From Candidatus Eiseniibacteriota bacterium (GTDB lineage Bacteria; Eisenbacteria; RBG-16-71-46; CAVPCR01), in contig CAVPCR010000005.1 in assembly GCA_963702435.1 (NCBI GenBank), forward strand, positions 96,001 through 160,000: 64,000 bases of DNA, in the 5' to 3' direction. Of the stretch, positions 28,225 to 38,600 are shown one piece after another. The notes under the pieces are model-generated. The model was not told the origin of the DNA, did not search any database, and worked only from the letters and a program-made list of their open reading frames with translations. The first letter of the stretch is position 1. Each line of letters begins with the position of its first letter. The translations under genes and the position numbers were made by a program.

Positions 28225-29382
28225 TCACGCCGCCCGCGTGCTCGCCGCGGCCGCCACGGCCGGCGCCGCTGCCGGCTCGCTCGCCCGCATGGCGATCGCT
28301 TCGAGCTCCGAGAAGTACATGGCCAGCGGGCGATAGGCGAGATGCGCCCACTTGCTGAAGGGAACCTCGAGCCCGAGCATGGGCACGACTCCCATCATGT
28401 GAATCAGGTAGGTCACGTTCGCCGCCCGCTCGAGGCCGGCCCGGTGCAGCCCGTGCTGGAGGATGCCGGTCGCCGCCACGAAGAGGAGGAGAACAAGGAA
28501 GATCCAGTCGGTCTCGTGCGAGTGCGCATAATGAGGCTCCACCCGCCGCAGCCGGCCGCGGATCGCGTAGATGGCGGTGGCGAGGAGCCCCGCCGTCGCC
28601 GCATAGCCGAAGACATGCACGCGCCAATCGATGGCCGGGCCCGCCTGCACGTAGTGCAGGAAGAACATGATGAGGACGAGCATCGTGAGATAGCTCATCA
28701 TGAGGGCGAAGTGCACGGCCCACGGTCGCTTGCTCGCGCACTGCCGGTAGCGCCGCTGGGTCAGGAAATGCAGCGGCAGGAGATAGATGCTCTTGATGTA
28801 GCCCGAGAGAGGAATCTTGAGCTCCCGCTTGCTCCCGATCGTGAACCACCACATGCGGGTGCAGTTGACGAGGAGGAGCGCGAGCAGCGTGCCGCCGAGG
28901 ATCCAGTCGAACCGGTGCACGGCCGAGCTCGGCAGGAAGGCGCCGGGGCCGTCGTACACGTCGATGCTCCCGTGCGTGGACCCGTAGAGGTAGAAGCCGA
29001 GGCCGGTCAGGAGCGCCACCAGCAGGATGGCTCCGAGCTCGATCCGCCACGAGCGGTAGAACAGGCGCGAGATGCCGGTGAAGTCGTAGCGCGAGGTGAG
29101 CCAGCGCCGCATGCTCATCATGGTCTCACCCGGCTCCGCCTCGCGCGGGCATTCGGCCGAGCACTCCCCGCAGTAGTAGCAGAGCCAGGGCTCGAGATCC
29201 CCGCGCAGCTTCTCCTCGAGCCCCATCTGCAGGTGGCGCATCGAGCGGCGCGGAAACAGGAAGGGCTCCTGCGAGAACGGACACGCGGCGCTGCAGTTCC
29301 CGCAGTGATAGCACTTGCTCACGTCCTGTGCGCCGTACCGCTCGAGATCCTCGATCAGCTGCGGATTGACCCGAATCGCCAT
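28225..29382 (-). CDS. QmoC-like protein: HdrC-type 2[4Fe-4S] domain fused to a membrane cytochrome-b-like domain
   Basis: CYHCGNCSAACP; WLCYYCGECSAECPR; about 6 TM helices with His residues; VPFSKWAHLAYRPLA. Confidence 0.88.
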   Translation of the reverse strand: MAIRVNPQLIEDLERYGAQDVSKCYHCGNCSAACPFSQEPFLFPRRSMRHLQMGLEEKLRGDLEPWLCYYCGECSAECPREAEPGETMMSMRRWLTSRYDFTGISRLFYRSWRIELGAILLVALLTGLGFYLYGSTHGSIDVYDGPGAFLPSSAVHRFDWILGGTLLALLLVNCTRMWWFTIGSKRELKIPLSGYIKSIYLLPLHFLTQRRYRQCASKRPWAVHFALMMSYLTMLVLIMFFLHYVQAGPAIDWRVHVFGYAATAGLLATAIYAIRGRLRRVEPHYAHSHETDWIFLVLLLFVAATGILQHGLHRAGLERAANVTYLIHMMGVVPMLGLEVPFSKWAHLAYRPLAMYFSELEAIAMRASEPAAAPAVAAAASTRAA

Positions 29383-29395
29383 GGCTCCTCCTCGC

Positions 29396-31216
29396 TCAGA
29401 TTCCGGCGACTGCTCTGGCCCCCGACTCGATCTCCTCGAGCGTCAGGCTCGCGCGGCTCCCGGCCCCGCGCCCGCTCACGATGCTCTTCAACACGCGCGC
29501 GGCCACCGCCGAGGCCTGGGCCACCGTGTCGGGGATATCCCGCGGCCCCTGGCACACGCCGGCGACGAAGATGCCGCCGCGCTCGGTGCTCGTGGGCTCG
29601 ATGTTGTAGTCCATCTCGGTGAACCACCCGTCCTCGTCGCGGACGATGCCGATCACCCGCGCCAGGTCATCGGCCCCGGGCGCCGGCTGGAGCCCCACCG
29701 AGAGCAGCACCATGTCGGCCGGGAACTCGACCAGGCGGTCTTTCAGGATGTCCTCGCCCTTCACGTACATCTGGCCGTCCCGCTCCCCCACCCGGGCCGA
29801 CCGCCCGCGCATGACGAAGACGTCCTCGTGCTTGATGCGCTCGAAGAACTCCTCGTAGCCCTTGCCGAAGGCGCGCATGTCGATGTAGAACTCGTAGCAG
29901 GTCGCGTCCGGCAGCTTCTCGCGCACGAGATGCGCGAACTTGAGCGAGTACATGCAGCAGACCCGGCTGCAGTAGCGGTTGTAGTGCGCGTCGCGCGACC
30001 CTACGCAGTGGATGATCGCCACGCTCTTCGGGCGCGGCCCCTCGGTGTCGAACACCCACTCGTTGGTCTTGGTCCGCTTGTTGTACTTCTGCGTCTTCTT
30101 GACGATGACCCCGCCGGTGGGACCTGAGGCGTTGGTCAGCCGCTCGAACTCGAGCGCGGTGAGCACGTTGGGATGGACTCCGTAGCCGTAGCGGGCGATG
30201 CGCCCGGCGTCGAACACATCATACCCGGTGGCGACGATGATGTTGCCGACCTCGATCTCGACGACCTCGTCCTGCTGATCGAAGTGGATGGCCTCCTTGG
30301 CGCACTTCTTGAGGCAGGCGCCGCACTTCTCGCCGCCGGTCTTGAGATAGGTGCAGGACTCGCGGTCGACTAGATAGGTGTTGGGCACCGCCTGCGGGAA
30401 GGGCATGTAGATCGCCTTCCGCGTCGTGATGCCCGAGTCGAACTCGCTCGGCACCGAGACCGGGCAGAACTCCATGCAGGCATGGCAGGCGACGCAGGCT
30501 TCCGCATCGACGTAGCGGGCCCGCTTCAATACCTGGACCCGGAACTCCCCCGGCGAACCGGTGACCTGGGTCACCTCGGCGCAGGTCAGGAGGTCGATCA
30601 TCGGGTGCTGGGCCACCGCCACCATCTTCGGGGTCAGGATGCAGGCGGCGCAGTCGAGCGTCGGGAAGGTCTTGTCGAACATGGCCATGTGGCCGCCGAT
30701 GGTCCCCGTGCGCTCGATCAGCACGACCCGCTGCCCGGCGTCGGCGATCTCGAGCGCCGCCTGGATGCCGGCGACCCCGCCGCCGATGACGAGGGTCACC
30801 GGATTCATCGGCACCGGCTTCGGCACTGCGGCGAGGCCGAAGGGCACGCCGTAGACCGCGCAGGCCACGACCGCCTTCGCCCGCTCGGTCAGGTTGCCGC
30901 CGAGCGCGCCGTGCTCGCGGAAGGAGGCGAGGCGCACGCGCTCGGGATCGCCGCCGGAGAGCGCGAGCGCCCGCGTGAAGGCCTGCTTGAAGTAGCCCGG
31001 CGAGTCGCCGGCGATGACCACCGTGTGCAAGTCCTTGCGCTTGAGCTCCCAGGACAGGGCGTCGGGGTCGAGGCGCGGCCTGATCCCGCGGATCTCCGCG
31101 TGCACAACTCCGGGGAGATGTACCGCGTAATCGGCCACCGCATCCAGATCAAGCCCGTCCGCCGGCCCGGGGCCCTCCATGCAGATGAAGACGCCGATCT
31201 TGCCTAGCTCAACCAT
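29396..31216 (-). CDS. hdrA: HdrA-family flavoprotein with inserted ferredoxin, degenerate N-terminal FeS motif, no C-terminal ferredoxin
   Basis: GGGVAG; GGHMAMFDKTFPTLDCAACILTPKM; CVACHACMEFCP; CVGSRD..YCSRVCCMY; GVCQGPRDIPDTVAQA. Confidence 0.9.
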   Translation of the reverse strand: MVELGKIGVFICMEGPGPADGLDLDAVADYAVHLPGVVHAEIRGIRPRLDPDALSWELKRKDLHTVVIAGDSPGYFKQAFTRALALSGGDPERVRLASFREHGALGGNLTERAKAVVACAVYGVPFGLAAVPKPVPMNPVTLVIGGGVAGIQAALEIADAGQRVVLIERTGTIGGHMAMFDKTFPTLDCAACILTPKMVAVAQHPMIDLLTCAEVTQVTGSPGEFRVQVLKRARYVDAEACVACHACMEFCPVSVPSEFDSGITTRKAIYMPFPQAVPNTYLVDRESCTYLKTGGEKCGACLKKCAKEAIHFDQQDEVVEIEVGNIIVATGYDVFDAGRIARYGYGVHPNVLTALEFERLTNASGPTGGVIVKKTQKYNKRTKTNEWVFDTEGPRPKSVAIIHCVGSRDAHYNRYCSRVCCMYSLKFAHLVREKLPDATCYEFYIDMRAFGKGYEEFFERIKHEDVFVMRGRSARVGERDGQMYVKGEDILKDRLVEFPADMVLLSVGLQPAPGADDLARVIGIVRDEDGWFTEMDYNIEPTSTERGGIFVAGVCQGPRDIPDTVAQASAVAARVLKSIVSGRGAGSRASLTLEEIESGARAVAGI

Positions 31217-31465
31217 GCGCTGATCCCTCGCTGTCGAGTCTCGAAACTCGTGAGGAACTGCGGTCTCACAGGATAGCCGGCATTCGCGACGAACACCGGC
31301 TTGACGGATGCCGCGGGCGATGTGCCTTCGACACATGGGCACGCGGAGAGAGGCGACTCGGACGCGGCCGCAACGTGGACATGGATCCGATGAAGAATGG
31401 ACGTTCTCGTCGACATGCCGCGCATGTCCTGCCTGCACGGTCGGCGATGGGGAGCGCCGCAGTCG

Positions 31466-31494
31466 AGTATAGGGCGCCGGATCGCTCCGGTCAA
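31466..31494 (-). promoter_or_regulatory. Sigma-70 promoter of the hdr-mvh operon
   Basis: TTGACC-N17-TATACT on the minus strand. Confidence 0.7.
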
Positions 31495-31916
31495 AGCACG
31501 TAGAGAGAAGAAGATTGCAGCCGCTCAAGGCAGCGCCCATATCAGAATTTATCGGTCGCCCGCGGCGCCGGGTTGATGTGAGACGGACCTCGGCCCTCCG
31601 AGGACGGCTCGCGGTCTGTCGCTGGCGCGAGACGCGACACGCAACGACGATTTGTCCGATGCATTGTGACGCGCCAGTCAATTGTTGTTCGACCCGGGGC
31701 GCTCATGTCATCATGTCAGTAATCATCGCTGTCCAGGGCGGCGCGAAGGGACCTGGCTCCATGACGTCCAATCCCGACCCGCCGGCGGGACCCACCGCCG
31801 GTTCCACTCGCCTTCGCCCGGGCGCAGATCGCGGCCAAAGCGGGGCGCGGGCCGGGGTTCGTGGCGGTCGACCACCATCGCCCGGACGACGTGCCGGCTC
31901 CCGCCCCCCGATGAGA

Positions 31917-31956
31917 ACTGCCGCGCTCCGGTTCCGGTGAACCGAGGCGCGGCAGT
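31917..31956 (-). terminator. Strong hairpin downstream of the 32037 gene
   Basis: actgccgcgc..cggttc-cggt-gaaccg..gcgcggcagt; weak U tract. Confidence 0.45.
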
Positions 31957-32036
31957 CCGGTCTCCGGCGGCGATTCGATCGCGATCAGCGCGTGCTGCTC
32001 AGGATCGGCTCGCGACCGGCCGTTCGGCTCGAATCG

Positions 32037-32843
32037 TTAGCGATAGACCGCCTTGATGCTCCCCCAGGTGGTCGGCTCGACCGGCACGGTGCCCAGGTCC
32101 TCGTAGCAGATGTTCGCCCACGACGCCCGCAGGCACGTCGGGCTGCCCGCCTGGTTGAAGATCTGAGTATGCCCGCCGACGCGCGCATCGTTCAGGATGC
32201 CCCACTGGCCGTACGGCTCATTGGGATTGCCCTGGTCGAAAGGCAGCACCGGGCTCGTGTAGGTCTGGCTCAGGTAGACGAGCTTGTACTCGATCGTCCC
32301 CGGGTTCGTCTGGCTCAGTCCGTTGGGCAGGTACTTGATCTCGAGGTGGATCATGTTGCCCTTGGTGTAGGTGACGCCCTGCTGCGCGGTGAACGAGTAG
32401 AACGGGAGCCGCCCGCCGAAGCAAGCGATCTCGCCGTCGGTCGTCCGCACGTTCAGCCGGCCGTCCACGTCCTGCGACCACCACGGCGAAACCTGCAGGC
32501 CCGACTCGCCCTGGCCGGTCCCACTGAGGGTGAGATCGGCGCAGAAGCGAAAGCCGTCATTGTTGTTGAAGACGAGCGGATTCGAGCCGTCGCTCGAGAA
32601 CCGCCAGACGTGCAGGTTGGCGAACCCGGTCGCGCAGTCCAGGCAGTCCTCGATCGCGACTTCCGCCGGATAGTTATTGGTCGTCGTCAGCAGCGAGGTC
32701 TGGCAGTCGTTGAAGATGCGAGTCCGGATCACCGCGCTGTTCGGGATCGGGCTCACCGCCCCGCTCTCCGGCGCCAGGGCAGCCAGGGCGATGAGGACCA
32801 CCGCCGCGCCCGCCAGCACTCTGTAGACGTTTGTACGAATCAT
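32037..32843 (-). CDS. Secreted beta-rich hypothetical protein with TWGxIK C-terminal motif
   Basis: AGGAGG RBS; signal peptide; ends VPVEPTTWGSIKAVYR; TGG-TACAAT extended -10 near 32893-32901. Confidence 0.8.
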   Translation of the reverse strand: MIRTNVYRVLAGAAVVLIALAALAPESGAVSPIPNSAVIRTRIFNDCQTSLLTTTNNYPAEVAIEDCLDCATGFANLHVWRFSSDGSNPLVFNNNDGFRFCADLTLSGTGQGESGLQVSPWWSQDVDGRLNVRTTDGEIACFGGRLPFYSFTAQQGVTYTKGNMIHLEIKYLPNGLSQTNPGTIEYKLVYLSQTYTSPVLPFDQGNPNEPYGQWGILNDARVGGHTQIFNQAGSPTCLRASWANICYEDLGTVPVEPTTWGSIKAVYR

Positions 32844-32955
32844 GATGTCTTGCCTCCTCTTGCGATGGATGAACACGAACTCTACCCAGTAGATTGTACC
32901 ACCACTCGGCAGGTCCGCACGAGGGCGGGCGGCGGCCATGCCTCCCGCCCGAAAC

Positions 32956-34552
32956 CTAGTGGACGAGCACACACCTCCTCCCTACCTGCTGGCCGTTCTG
33001 AGCGAGCTCGTAGTAGTAGATCCCGCTCGGGAGACCCTCCCCGTCGAGAACGGTCTCGTGCTCGCCGGCGGGCTGGACGCCCTGGACGAGCGTCTTCACC
33101 GGCCGACCCAGCACGTCGTAGAGAACGAGCGAAACCTGACCGGGGGCCGCCAGGCGGTACGGCACCACGGTGGAACGGCGGAACGGATTGGGCGCGTTCT
33201 GGAAGAGAGCGAGCCGGCCCGCGCCGGGAGCCGGTCCCGGGGCGACACCGCTGACCGCCCGGAAGTCGGCGACCGCCAGGCCCGCCTGGATGTAGGGATT
33301 GCCCATGAAGCGGTTCCAGATCGCCTGCGTGCGGTGGTTCTCGATCATCAGGATGATCGGTCCCTGGTCGATGCCCAGGTAGTCGGTGTCGTACCAGTTC
33401 TGGGTCGGATTGAACGCATCCTTGAAGCCGTAGGTCGACCACAGGAGCGGGTAGTTGGCGTAGAAGTACTCGAGGGTCGGGATCGCGATCTCGGGCGCGA
33501 ACGGCACCGAGCCGCCGACCGCGCTCGGGGACCAGGGTCCCGTTGTCGTTCTGCGGCGGCGGCGCGCCGCGCGCCGAGTAACCGAACGGATCGTCGCTCG
33601 CGGTGATGCCCCAGCCGTTGGCGCCGTACCCGGTGAAGCCGCCGGGGTTGGCGATGCAGTAGGCCTGCTGGGCGAGGGTCGCGCGCCGCGAGTTCTCGAA
33701 GTAGTCGATCCCCCGCAGCCGCATGTAGGCGTCCCGGATGTTCCGGAAATCGATCCAGCAGTGCGAGTACTGGTGCCCGAAGAGCGGCGGGAAGACGACG
33801 TAGGTCTGGCCGTAGTGCGTTTCCCAGCGGTAGCCGCTGGTCCACGTGGACCACATGGTGGCGTAGTTCGGTGGGTGCGTGGGCGAGCCGAAGGCGAGGA
33901 TGTAGAGGATCATCGCCTCGTTGTAGCCGACCCAGGTGCCGAAGGTGTTGAACCCGGTCTCCGGCTTCCAGCCCATGCGGATCCCCGGGCCCGAGGCGCG
34001 GAACCACTCCCAGTCGGCGCGGAGATAGATCGAGTCGGCGAGCGCCCGCACCTGCACGTCGAGCGGATCCTGCGTCGTGAAGTACTCCCGCGCGTCGAGG
34101 ATCCCGGCGAAGAGGAGCGCCGTGTCGATGCTCGAGAGCTCGCAGCTCCACGTGCGGAGCGCGGTGTTCATGGTCAGGAAGTGGTAGAAGAACCCCTTGT
34201 AGCCGATGGTCCCGCTCGGCGCGGTGCCCTGGGGTCCGGTCCAGAATGTATTGAGCGTGGTCAGGACCCGCGCCCGGCCTTCTTCCCGCGTGACGTAGCC
34301 GCGGTCGATCCCGGTGCAGATGGCGGAGAGGCCGAAGCCGACGGCCGCGATCGAGCACGGCGAGCCGCTCGTCGAGCGGTCCTTGATGAGGCCGTTGGCC
34401 GGATTGGCCTCGTTCCAGAAGTAGTCGAACGTCGCCTCCTCGAGCGTGTCCAGGAACACGTCGGTGGCCGGCGCCTGGGCGCGGGCGGTGCCGGCGCCGA
34501 GCCCGGCGCTGGCGACGAGCAGCGCGCCGATGAGTGTCAGTGCTGGTCTCAT
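32956..34552 (-). pseudogene. Glucoamylase-family (GH144-like beta-1,2-glucanase) protein with T9SS-type CTD; +1 frameshift at 33527-33530
   Basis: SIAAVGFGL; GFFYHFL; ELSSIDTALL; GYNEAMILY; PLFGHQYSHCW; DYFENSRRAT; then YGFKDAFN, LGIDQGP in another frame; deleting one G restores ...GTLVPSAVGGSVPFAPE. Confidence 0.85.
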
Positions 34553-34602
34553 GATCTTCTTGTCCTCACTCTCCGTCCGCTCCACTTGAGAATGCGAACT
34601 CG

Positions 34603-35619
34603 TCAAAACGCGAGTTCGAAGGTCACCCGATGGTTCGAGCCCAGGTACTCGTGCGTCCCCCAGCCGTAGTCGAACTGGAACTCGGTGCCGCTGAACGCGG
34701 CCTTGACGCCCGCGCCGAGCGTGAGGCCGAGCTCCGAGTCCTCCTGGAACAGGTTCTGGTACCCGGCGCGCAGCGCGAGCGTGTCCTTCCACAGCCACTC
34801 CGCGCCCAGGCTCATGCTCTCGGTGTTGTCGCTCGGGTGGTAGGCGTCCACGACGACGAGGAGCGCGCTCTCCTCGTCCACCCGGTACGGCATGCTGACT
34901 CCGATCCGGAAGAGGATGGGCACCGGGAAGTCGCCGGTGTACTGGTCGGCCGGCAGCGCGCTGTTGTTGCCGTACTCGTCCGGGTTCGGGTCGTACTGGA
35001 TGGCCAGCACCTGCCCCGAGTAGCGGGCCGTAGTGCCGAGGTGCGAGAGGCTCGCCCCGAGCTTGAGCCCCGCCGCCGTGAGCCGGTAGGTGGCGCCGAG
35101 ACTCGCGGTGAAGGCGTCCGCCGATGCCTGCCAGATCTGCTCGTTCACATAGTTGATCTGGCCGCCGGCGACGAAGCGCTCCGTGACGTGCCGCCCGTAG
35201 CCGAGGGCGACCGCCACGTCGGACACCGTGTAGCGCTCGCCGGTGCCGAGCGGCTGGCTCACCGTGCGCACGTCGATCTCGCCCGAGCTGAGCGCGGTGA
35301 CGCTGCCGAAGAGGGTGCCGAAGCCCAGCGGATAGGCCAGCGCGGCGTAGTTGTAGTTGATCCCGGCGAACCAGGCATTGTGCGTGAACTGGGCCACCGG
35401 GCGTTCGAGCGCGCCGAGCGCGCTCGGGTTGTAGTAGACGGCCTGCAGCCCCTCGTCGACGGCGACGCCCGCGTTGCCCATCCCCGCGAAGCGCGCCCCG
35501 GGCTCGACCGCCAGGAACTGGCCGAAGGTGGTGCCGACCTTGGTCTGCGCCACCGCCGGCCCCCCGGCGCCGAGACCCGCGAGTCCCGCGATGATCAGGG
35601 TCACGATCGCCTTTCTCAT
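34603..35619 (-). CDS. PorV/PorQ-family outer-membrane protein
   Basis: KVGTTFGQFLAVEPGARFAGMG; AVYYNP; LALRAGY; FDYGW...HRVTFELAF. Confidence 0.85.
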   Translation of the reverse strand: MRKAIVTLIIAGLAGLGAGGPAVAQTKVGTTFGQFLAVEPGARFAGMGNAGVAVDEGLQAVYYNPSALGALERPVAQFTHNAWFAGINYNYAALAYPLGFGTLFGSVTALSSGEIDVRTVSQPLGTGERYTVSDVAVALGYGRHVTERFVAGGQINYVNEQIWQASADAFTASLGATYRLTAAGLKLGASLSHLGTTARYSGQVLAIQYDPNPDEYGNNSALPADQYTGDFPVPILFRIGVSMPYRVDEESALLVVVDAYHPSDNTESMSLGAEWLWKDTLALRAGYQNLFQEDSELGLTLGAGVKAAFSGTEFQFDYGWGTHEYLGSNHRVTFELAF

Positions 35620-35633
35620 GCCCACCGTCCCGT

Positions 35634-38600
35634 TCACTTGATGATCGCGAACTTGCCTATGAACTCGCCCAGGTCTCCGCCGTCGACGTGGAAGATGTAG
35701 AGACCCGGCGCCACGTCCAGGTTGTCCTTGGTGCGCAGATCCCACGGCACGTACCCCGCGGTCGACCCATCCTGGGAGAGCGTCTGCACGAGCTCCCCGC
35801 GCACCGTGAAGATGCGAATGGTGCACCGACTCGGCAGGCCGCGGAACTCGAGTCGTCGCTCCCCGCGCCCGGAGACGGCGAAGCGCTCCGGCTCGAACTC
35901 GGCGGACGCGACATAGGGGTTGGGCACGACGTAGGGTTCCTCGCCCCACTCCGCCTTCGCCTGCGCCGCATCGACGTACTCGCCGCTGGTGCGGAAGACG
36001 AAGACGTCGTCCGAGCTGAGCGGCTGCGTGATCTTCAAGTCGAAGACGTCGCCGTCCCCGGGCGGCGCGAGCGGGCCGCGGTCCGCCTGGCCGAGCGTGT
36101 CGAGCTCGGCGTGCCACGTGATGAGCGACTGCGGACTCGGCGCGCCGTCGAAGTAGGTCAGGATGTCGATGTACTCCCCGTCCTGGCTGAGCGTGCCGTC
36201 GAGGTCGAAGTCGAGGAAATCGAATTCGAGGCCGATGTCGCCCGTGTCGGCGTGCGCGTAGGCCTTGAACTTGGCCGGGGTCGGCACGTTCGGGAAGAGC
36301 CCGAGCGAGGTGTCCACCACGACGTCGCTGAACACGATCGAGACGTTCTCCGGGAATCCGGTGCGCCGGAGGTTGATCGGGAGCCCGGGCTGGTAGCCGA
36401 CGAGGAGCTTCGAGTTCGTCGGGCTCCCCGGCCGGTACCCGGTGCCGGCGGAGTCGATCTCGACGGTCGCCTGCGTCGCCACGTACGGGAGGAGCCCGGC
36501 GCCCACCGGCCCCACACCCTGCCCCTCGAGGTCCCGCCCCTTGGTGAAGAGGACCTCCCCGGTCGTCGAGTCGCTGAGCGCATAGGTCGCGGCGCGGATC
36601 GAGTCCGCGGCCGGGGTGGTGAAGGTGATCTTGTAGACGTGGTCGTCCTCGATGAGACCCGAGTTGACGACCTCGACCGCGGCCGTTCCGGCGCCGCGGC
36701 CGGCGATCTTCTCGGCGGCCCCCGCCGTCGCCGGCACGAAGCCGAGCACGCGCGGGTTCGGGCGCACGGCCACGACGTTCGGCGGCAGGATCAGGCCGCC
36801 GCGCGGGGTGCGCGAGGGCGTGATCGCGTTCTCGGACGGGTAGAAGTTGAACTCGTCGGACCCGAAATCGTAGGCGCAGACCGCGTAGTAGTAGTCCTGG
36901 CCGTTGGTGACGGTCGAGTCGGTCCAGGTGTGCCGGACCCCCGTATCCTCGCCCAGGAAGTACGCCACGCCCTCGACCGTCAGATCGGAGAACCCGGTCC
37001 TCCCGTCGGCGAGGTCGAACTGCGCGATCGGCCTCCCGTTCCCGATCGGGCCCGAGCCGGTGCCGGTCAGGATCACCTGGGGGTCCCTGAACTCGGGATC
37101 GGTCGACCGGTAGATGCGGTAGCCCTCGAAGTCGAACTCCCCGGTCACCGGATCGGCGCCGCGCTCGGCCACATCGTCCCAGGAGAGCCGCACGAAACCG
37201 TCGCCGACCTCGGCGGTGGCCGTGGGCAGCGGCGGCGGCACCGCGAACCGGTAGTTCGCGTTGTAGATCTGCTGTACGACATCGACCGTGCGGCGGAGCT
37301 CGCCCAGGTCGCCGCCGTAGGCGAGAGCGAGGCTGAAGCGCTCGGTCTTCCCGGCCGCGAGGGTGAAAGGTCCCGAGGCGAAAAGGAATCCGATGTTGTA
37401 GTTCTCGGCGAGCGGCGGATCGAAACGGTCCGTGGAATCCGGATCCGAGAACTGCGTGAAGAGCCGCTCCGGCCAGTTCGCCTGGTCGGTGTAGAAGAGG
37501 ACGTTGTCGGTCTCGGGGTTCGGGTTCCCCTGGCCGGCCCGGATGCGGTTCATCTTGAAGCCGGTGAGCCCGATCTGATCCGACTCGTTCAAGTCCGTGC
37601 GATCGAAGTTCGGTTCGCCCGTGGTCGGCCGGCCGTCGCCCTCTCCCGAGTCGCCCGACTCGGGGATCCCGTCGCCCCCGAGGTCATGGAGCTCGGCCAC
37701 CCAGTCCATGTCCTCGTCGCCCGTCCACCAGGCGCCCACGCGATAGGCAGGGCGGTTCAAGAGGGGACCGTAGGTCGCCTCGAAGCTGGTGCGGTTGTAG
37801 TTCGCGTCCACGTAGTTGGCGATCGCCGGCTGACCGGAGATGAGCTCGCCCGGCCCGCCGTCGCGGAGCTCGTTCGTGATGCCATCCTCGTCGTTGTCGA
37901 GCTCGTCGAGCGCGTTGCCAGGCGTCTCGAGGTAGGCGTAGCCGACGTACCCGGTGCGCCCGCAGTTGCTCGTCAAGTCGCGCCCGTGCCCGCGCTTGTC
38001 CCAGGTGTAGACCAGGTTGATCACCTGCTCGTTCAAGGTGCGGTCGAAGAAGGCGTTGTCATCGTCCGATTCGTAGATCCCGTCGCAGGAGAGAGCCGAG
38101 CCGCCCACGCCCGAGTCCATGTAGAGACCGAACACGATGTTGTCGTTGTAGTCGGTCGTGCTCTCGTTCGTGATGTCGTAGTGCCAGAAGATGACGTTCC
38201 GCGCCTGCGGGTTCGCCCACTGGAAGCCGCGCACCTCGATGCGGAGCCCGAGGCCGCGCCGGCTCGTGTCGCGGCTGTCGGGGAAGTAGTTCCACGCGTC
38301 GTAGAACTGGTCGTCCATGACCGTGTAGGACTCCTGGTCGGCGACCACCTGCTTCCCGAAATAGCCATTCCAGCTCCCGCGCCAGCCCGGGTCGTCGAGG
38401 TCGTCGAGCCGGTCGGGCCAGGACGCGGGCCAGGTGCGCGGGTCGTTGCTCACGGCCGGCGAGCGGGCCGGATTGTCCGACGGGCTCGGCTCGAAGTAGC
38501 CGGGCCGCGGCTCGAAGCGCATGATGCGGTTCTGCCCGGGGCTGATCCCCTGCCGCTCGCGGTACCCGGTCTCCATGATGTAGGAGGTGGATCCGTCGCG

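Noticed and set aside
23551..31216. Evidence of methanogenesis or sulfate reduction
   Set aside because: No hdrB, mcr, aprAB, sat or dsr genes in the window; HdrA/Mvh/Qmo modules are widespread
31663..31682. CRP/FNR/Rex-like site attgtgacgcgccagtcaat
   Set aside because: Only one good half-site, and the spacing fits none of the consensuses
31204..32056. Short ORFs in the hdrA upstream region and the 155-aa extension of hdrA1
   Set aside because: No motifs and poor codon bias; they overlap the predicted promoter and leader
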